64,000 nucleotides of DNA from an uncultured Actinomycetota bacterium. GTDB taxonomy: Bacteria > Actinomycetota > Actinomycetes > Propionibacteriales > Nocardioidaceae. The translations under genes were made by a program, and so were the position numbers. The notes beneath the pieces are model-generated. The model did not search any database and had not been told where the DNA came from. It saw only the letters and a program-made list of their open reading frames with translations. Shown piece after piece: positions 58,910 through 64,000 of this stretch (the stretch's first letter is position 1; every line of letters starts with the position of its first letter). Where the stretch lies: positions 14,292 to 78,291 of the forward strand of contig CAWEHX010000002.1 of assembly GCA_963809015.1 (NCBI GenBank), given 5' to 3'.

Positions 58910-59266
58910 ATGACCCAGTACCTGCTTTCCGTGCACGGCTCGGACGAGGAGTACGCCGCGATGTCCGAGGAGGACATGCAGCAGTCGTTCGCCGACACCG
59001 GCAAGTTCAACGAGAAGCTCCAGGCCGCGGGCGTGTGGGTCTTCGCCGGCGGCCTGCACTCGGTCGACCAGGCGACGACCGTGGACGCCACCGGGGACAC
59101 CCCGATCGTGACCGACGGTCCCTACGCCGAGTCGAAGGAGTACCTCGGCGGCTTCTGGATCATCGAGGCACCCGACCTCGACGCTGCGCTCAAGTGGGCC
59201 ACGGAAGGGTCGGCGGCCTGCCGGGGCACGGTCGAGGTCCGGCCGTTCCAGTCCGGGCCTGAGTGA
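58910..59266 (+). CDS. YciI/DGPF family protein
   Basis: VTDGPYAESKEYLGGFW, VEVRPF. Confidence 0.9.
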   Translation: MTQYLLSVHGSDEEYAAMSEEDMQQSFADTGKFNEKLQAAGVWVFAGGLHSVDQATTVDATGDTPIVTDGPYAESKEYLGGFWIIEAPDLDAALKWATEGSAACRGTVEVRPFQSGPE

Positions 59267-60477
59267 GCGACCCCGCCTCCGCGATCGAGCGGATCTTTCG
59301 CGAGGAGTACGGCCGGATCGTTGCCTCGCTGGTGCGGCGCTTCGGCGACATCGACGTCGCCGAGGACGCCGCCAGCGAGGCGCTCCTGGTCGCCCTCGAG
59401 AAGTGGCCTGTCGAAGGCACCCCGCCCAACCCGGGTGCCTGGCTGACCACGACGGCCGCCAACAAGGCCATCGACAAGATCCGGCGGGAGCGGCAGCGGG
59501 ACGCGAAACACGAGGCGGCCCACGTGATCAACGACGGCACACCCCACGAGCCCACCGGCCTGGTCGAGGACGACCGGCTCCGGCTGATCTTCACCTGCTG
59601 CCACCCTGCCCTCGCACCCGAGGCGCGGGTGGCCCTGACCCTGCGCCTTCTCGGCGGACTGACCGTCGGCGAGATCGCGCAGGCGTTCCTGGTCCCCGAG
59701 ACGACGATGGCCCAGCGCATCACCCGTGCGAAGGCCAAGATCAAGGGCGCCAACATCCCGTTCCGGGTGCCCGACGCCGCGGACCTGACCGAGCGGCTGG
59801 CCGGAGTGCTGGCCGTGCTCTACCTCGTCTACAACGAGGGCTACCTCGCCAGCTCGGGCTCGGCCGCGGTCCGCGAGGACCTCACCGGTGAGGCGATCCG
59901 GCTGACCCGAGTCATGCGGTCGCTGCTGCCCGAGGTGCCCGAGGTGACCGGGCTGCTGGCCCTGATGCTGCTGACCGAGTCGCGCCGCGACACCCGCGAG
60001 GCGGGCGGTGAGCTGGTGCCGCTGCACGAGCAGGACCGCGGCGGCTGGGACCGCGAGCTGATCGCAGAGGGCCACGAACTGGTCCGCGAGTGCCTACAGC
60101 GCAACCGGCCCGGTCGCTACCAGCTCCTCGCCGCGATCAACGCCGTGCACACCGACGCGCGCACCGCGGCCGACACCGACTGGTCGCAGATCGCCACGCT
60201 CTACGAACAGCTGTACGCCGTCGACCCGTCGCCGATCGTCCAGCTCAACCGCGCGATCGCGGTCGCCGAGCTCGACGGTCCCGGGGTCGGCCTGGCCATG
60301 GTCGACAAGCTGCCGCTGGACACCTACCACGCGTGGCACGCGACCCGCGCCGACCTGCTGCGCCGGCTCGGTCGGAGCGCGGACGCGCGGGCGGCGTACG
60401 ACGCGGCGATCGTGGCCACCGAGAACGAGGCCGAGCGGGCCTACCTCTCCCGGCGCCGTGGCAGTCTGGCCAAGTGA
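59263..60477 (+). CDS. ECF sigma factor (ECF42 group) with C-terminal TPR extension
   Basis: AEDA..EA, DDRLRLIFTCCHPAL, QDR..WD, GRYQLLAAI. Confidence 0.9.
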   Translation: MSDPASAIERIFREEYGRIVASLVRRFGDIDVAEDAASEALLVALEKWPVEGTPPNPGAWLTTTAANKAIDKIRRERQRDAKHEAAHVINDGTPHEPTGLVEDDRLRLIFTCCHPALAPEARVALTLRLLGGLTVGEIAQAFLVPETTMAQRITRAKAKIKGANIPFRVPDAADLTERLAGVLAVLYLVYNEGYLASSGSAAVREDLTGEAIRLTRVMRSLLPEVPEVTGLLALMLLTESRRDTREAGGELVPLHEQDRGGWDRELIAEGHELVRECLQRNRPGRYQLLAAINAVHTDARTAADTDWSQIATLYEQLYAVDPSPIVQLNRAIAVAELDGPGVGLAMVDKLPLDTYHAWHATRADLLRRLGRSADARAAYDAAIVATENEAERAYLSRRRGSLAK

Positions 60478-62390
60478 TTCTCGACGCCCTGTCCCTGCCC
60501 GCAGCCGCTGACGCCGAGGAGTGGGTCGCCACTCGGGCGACCGAGGGCCTGGACCGGGCCCGCGAGCTGGCCGAGACGCTTCGCTCCGCCCCGCCTGCCG
60601 ACGCGCTCGACGCGCTCGAGGTCTGGGACGAGCTGTCGCTGGAGCTCAGCAACGTGGCGGCAGTGGGCTCGCTCTTCAGCAACGTGCATCCGCTGGAGCC
60701 GGTCCGCGACACCGCCGAGCGGGCGGAGCAGGACGCGATGCGGCTGTCGACCGAGCTCAGCCTCGACCGGGCGATCTACGACGTCTTCGCCGGGCTCGAT
60801 CCGGCGCGTCTCGACGAGCAGGCCGCTCGGCTCCTCGACAAGGTGCTCGAGACCTTCACGCGCGCCGGCGTCGCGGGTGACGACGAGACGCGGGCCCGGG
60901 TCACCGCGATCAACGAGCGGATCACCGAGGTCGACCAGCAGTTCGGCAAGGTGATCCGCGACGACGTGCGCAGCATCCGGGTGGCTCCCGACCGGCTCGA
61001 CGGGATGCCGGCCGACTGGATCGCGGCGCACCCGGTCGACGACGAGGGTCTGGTCTCGGTCACCACCGATTACCCCGACGCCATCCCGCTCCGGATGTTC
61101 GCGCACGACGCCGAGATCCGCCGCGAGCTCACCGTCCAGTTCCTGACCCGCGGGTGGCCCGAGACCGAGGGCCTGCTCACCGAGCTGTTCGACCTGCGCC
61201 ACGAGCTCGCGACGCTGGTCGGCTACGACGACTGGGCGTCGTACGACGCCGACGTGAAGATGATCAAGAAGGGCCGCGCGATCCCCGAGTTCATCGAGCG
61301 GATCGCGGCCGCGGCCGAGGAGCCGATGCGTCGCGACCTCGAGCTGCTCTACGAGCGCTACCGCCGCGACGTCCCCGACGCGGCCACGATCGACGCGGCC
61401 GACGGCAGCTACTACCAGGAGCTGGTGCGCAAGGAGCACTACGACGTCGACTCCCAGGTGGTGCGCAGGTACTTCGGCTTCGACCGGGTGCGCCAGGGCC
61501 TGCTCGACGTCACCGGTCGGCTGTTCGGGCTCCGCTACGAGCCGGTCGACGATGTCGAGCTCTGGTCCGACGAGGTGACGGCGTACGACGTGTACGACGG
61601 GGCCGGCGGCGAACGGCTGGGCCGGATCTTCCTCGACCTGCACCCGCGCGAGGGCAAGTACAAGCACGCCGCCCAGTTCACGCTCACCGAAGGCGTGCTC
61701 GGCCGCCAGCTCCCGGAGGGCGTGCTGGTCTGCAACTTCCCGGCCGGCCTGATGGAGCACGACCACGTCGTCACGCTGTTCCACGAGTTCGGTCACCTCG
61801 TCCACCACGTGCTCGGTGGGCGCGGCCGCTGGACCAGGTTCGCCGGAGTCGCCACCGAATGGGACTTCGTCGAGGCGCCCAGCCAGATGCTGGAGGAGTG
61901 GGCGTGGGACGCCGCCGTCCTCCAGACGTTCGCGACCGACGAGGCCGGTGAGCCGATCCCCTCCGCGCTCGTCGAGCGGATGCGCCGGGCCGACGACTAC
62001 GGCAAGGGCATCTACGCCCGGACCCAGATGTACTACGCGGCGATGTCCTACTGGTTCCACGCCGATCGACCGGCCGACCTGACCGCCCGGATGATCGAGC
62101 TGCAGGAGCAGTACGCGCCGTTCGCCTACATCGACGGCACCCGGATGTTCGCGAGCTTCGGCCACCTCGCCGGCTACAGCTCGGCGTACTACACCTACAT
62201 GTGGTCGCTGGTGATCGCGAAGGACCTGTTCAGCGCGTTCGGCGACGACATGTTCGAGCCCGACGTCGCCCGGCGCTACCGGGACCGCGTGCTCGCGCCC
62301 GGTGGCAGCAAGGACGCCGCCGACCTGGTCGCCGACTTCCTCGGCCGGCCGTACACGTTCGACGCCTACGCCGACTGGCTGGCGCGCTAG
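60474..62390 (+). CDS. M3 family metallopeptidase (thimet oligopeptidase-like)
   Basis: DLHPREGKYKH, FHEFGH, DFVEAPSQMLEEW, GYSSAYYTY. Confidence 0.93.
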   Translation: MILDALSLPAAADAEEWVATRATEGLDRARELAETLRSAPPADALDALEVWDELSLELSNVAAVGSLFSNVHPLEPVRDTAERAEQDAMRLSTELSLDRAIYDVFAGLDPARLDEQAARLLDKVLETFTRAGVAGDDETRARVTAINERITEVDQQFGKVIRDDVRSIRVAPDRLDGMPADWIAAHPVDDEGLVSVTTDYPDAIPLRMFAHDAEIRRELTVQFLTRGWPETEGLLTELFDLRHELATLVGYDDWASYDADVKMIKKGRAIPEFIERIAAAAEEPMRRDLELLYERYRRDVPDAATIDAADGSYYQELVRKEHYDVDSQVVRRYFGFDRVRQGLLDVTGRLFGLRYEPVDDVELWSDEVTAYDVYDGAGGERLGRIFLDLHPREGKYKHAAQFTLTEGVLGRQLPEGVLVCNFPAGLMEHDHVVTLFHEFGHLVHHVLGGRGRWTRFAGVATEWDFVEAPSQMLEEWAWDAAVLQTFATDEAGEPIPSALVERMRRADDYGKGIYARTQMYYAAMSYWFHADRPADLTARMIELQEQYAPFAYIDGTRMFASFGHLAGYSSAYYTYMWSLVIAKDLFSAFGDDMFEPDVARRYRDRVLAPGGSKDAADLVADFLGRPYTFDAYADWLAR

Positions 62391-62404
62391 CCGCGAATTC
62401 CTGC

Positions 62405-62449
62405 TTGCTCCGGCATCGGCGATCGCGTACAGTCGCGATATATCGCGAC
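62405..62449 (+). promoter_or_regulatory. padR promoter/operator
   Basis: TTGCTC-N17-TACAGT; perfect palindrome GTCGCGATATATCGCGAC (62432-62449). Confidence 0.7.
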
Positions 62450-62486
62450 ACATCAGCGATCCACGAACGATAGTCAGGAGAAGGAC

Positions 62487-63116
62487 ATGGGACGACGAGG
62501 ACGAGGGGGCCACTGGGGCCCTGGAGCGGGCTGGGGACACCCGGGACACCACGGACCCCCGCCCTGGATGGCCGGCATGTTCGGCATGGGGGAGCAGCCG
62601 CGCCGCCCTGGCCCGCGGGTGCGGCGGGGCGACGTACGCTCCGCGATCCTGGACGTGCTGCACGCTGCCGTGAAGTGGGAGGAGCCGATCAACGGCTACC
62701 AGGTGATCCAGCAGATCGGCGAGCGCAGCGGCGACGCGTGGCGGCCCAGCCCGGGGTCGGTGTACCCGACCATCCAGCAGCTGCAGGACGAGGGGCTCGT
62801 GGAGTCCGACGACGAGCACGGGCGGCGCAGCATCCGGCTGACCGCCGACGGCGTCCGCTACTGCGAGGAGCACGTCGACGAGCTCGCCGCGGTGTGGGCC
62901 CCTTTCGAGCGAGGTCAGCGTGACGAGCGCGACGGCGTGGAGTTCGCTGACCTGAAGCCGGAGATCGGGCAGGTGATGGGAGCCGTCTGGCAGATCGTCA
63001 CCGCCGGCTCCGACGCCCAGCGCCAGGCCGCGGTCGAGATCCTGATCGACACCCGCCGCAAGCTGTACGGCGTGCTCGCCGACGGGCACGCGCCGGAGGA
63101 GACGGAGGAGCCATGA
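62487..63116 (+). CDS. PadR family regulator
   Basis: RRGDVRSAIL, GYQVIQ, WRPSPGSVYP. Confidence 0.92.
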   Translation: MGRRGRGGHWGPGAGWGHPGHHGPPPWMAGMFGMGEQPRRPGPRVRRGDVRSAILDVLHAAVKWEEPINGYQVIQQIGERSGDAWRPSPGSVYPTIQQLQDEGLVESDDEHGRRSIRLTADGVRYCEEHVDELAAVWAPFERGQRDERDGVEFADLKPEIGQVMGAVWQIVTAGSDAQRQAAVEILIDTRRKLYGVLADGHAPEETEEP

Positions 63117-63490
63117 ACCCGGAGACCCGCCTCAGCGACGCAGACCGCGACCGGGCCTCGGCGCAGCTCGTCGAGCACTACGCCGAGGGTCGGCTCGACG
63201 CCGAGGAGCATGCCGAGCGGCTGGACGCGATCTGGACGGCGCGGGTGGCGGCCGACCTCGAGCCGATCTTCCACGACCTCCCCCGGCAGGCACCCGACCG
63301 GCATCCCCGCGGCCGTCGGTCCCGGGGGTGGCGGCCGGTGCCGTTCGTGCCGATCGCTGCGCTCCTGATCGTGCTCAGCGTCGTCACCCACCTGCCGTTC
63401 TGGATCCTGATCTTCTTCGTCGGCTGCGGGCTGTTCACGCGTCGAGCGCACACCTGGCACGGCGGGCGGAGCACTAGCCTGCGGGCATGA
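63113..63490 (+). CDS. DUF1707 (SHOCT-like) membrane protein
   Basis: RLSDADR..L..HYAEGRL..EE..ERL, C-terminal TM segments. Confidence 0.85.
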   Translation: MNPETRLSDADRDRASAQLVEHYAEGRLDAEEHAERLDAIWTARVAADLEPIFHDLPRQAPDRHPRGRRSRGWRPVPFVPIAALLIVLSVVTHLPFWILIFFVGCGLFTRRAHTWHGGRSTSLRA

Positions 63491-64000
63491 CGACGAGTCC
63501 GTCCTTCGAGCTGGGTCCCGACAACCTCGAGCTCCGTGACTGGGTGCACACCTTCGCCGCCGACGTGGTCCGGCCCGCAGCCGCCGAGTGGGACGAGCGC
63601 GAGGAGTTCCCGTGGCCGGTGCTGGAGGAGGCAGCGAAGGTCGGCCTCTACTCTCTGGACTTCTTCGCGACCCAGGCCTTCGAGGAGACCGGCCTCGGCA
63701 TCCCGGTCGCGATGGAGGAGCTGTTCTGGGGTGACGCCGGCATCGGTCTCTCGATCGCTGGCACCGCTCTGGCCGCCGCCGGCCTCCAGGCCAACGGCAC
63801 CCCCGAGCAGCTCACCGAGTGGGCACCGCAGATGTTCGGCGAGCCGGGCGACCTCAAGGTCGCCGCGTTCTGCTCCTCCGAGCCGGACGCCGGCAGCGAC
63901 GTGGGCGCGATGCGGACCAAGGCGACGTACGACGAGGCCACCGACGAGTGGGTGCTCAACGGCAACAAGACCTGGGCGACCAACGGCGGCCTCGCCGACA
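63487..64000 (+). CDS. Acyl-CoA dehydrogenase (3' truncated by window)
   Basis: FAADVVRP..WDEREEFPW, EELFWGDAG, FCSSEPDAGSD, NGNKTWATNGG. Confidence 0.9.
   Translation, partial: MTTSPSFELGPDNLELRDWVHTFAADVVRPAAAEWDEREEFPWPVLEEAAKVGLYSLDFFATQAFEETGLGIPVAMEELFWGDAGIGLSIAGTALAAAGLQANGTPEQLTEWAPQMFGEPGDLKVAAFCSSEPDAGSDVGAMRTKATYDEATDEWVLNGNKTWATNGGLAD

Overview
High-GC actinobacterial chromosomal DNA, most like Nocardioides/Nocardioidaceae judging from gene content and REP-like intergenic palindromes. It runs from the 3' end of dnaB to the start of an acyl-CoA dehydrogenase and holds about 65 tightly packed genes, many leaderless. Contents: an orphan qcrB; two DrrAB-type ABC exporters, one with a MerR-type promoter; a gabT/GntR/soluble Cache/YdcSTUV-like polyamine-GABA locus; EF-G2; a DUF222-HNH gene; a CsoR-CopZ-CopA copper locus; gdhA; a six-repeat He_PIG surface protein; an MmpL; two P450s (one CYP130-like); a small alarmone synthetase homologue coupled to psuK-psuG; and a YciI-ECF42-M3 peptidase operon. 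I found no rRNA, tRNA, CRISPR array or transposase. Best candidates for undescribed biology: (1) a RelA/SpoT-domain protein with a catalytic E-to-Q change translationally coupled to pseudouridine salvage genes; (2) a cytoplasmic stand-alone Cache protein coupled to a GntR regulator of polyamine uptake; (3) a remote copy of the ECF42 promoter in front of a DHFR-like gene; (4) a Cys-rich SufR-like regulator with twin operators. All family assignments come from motif recognition by eye; no searches were run.
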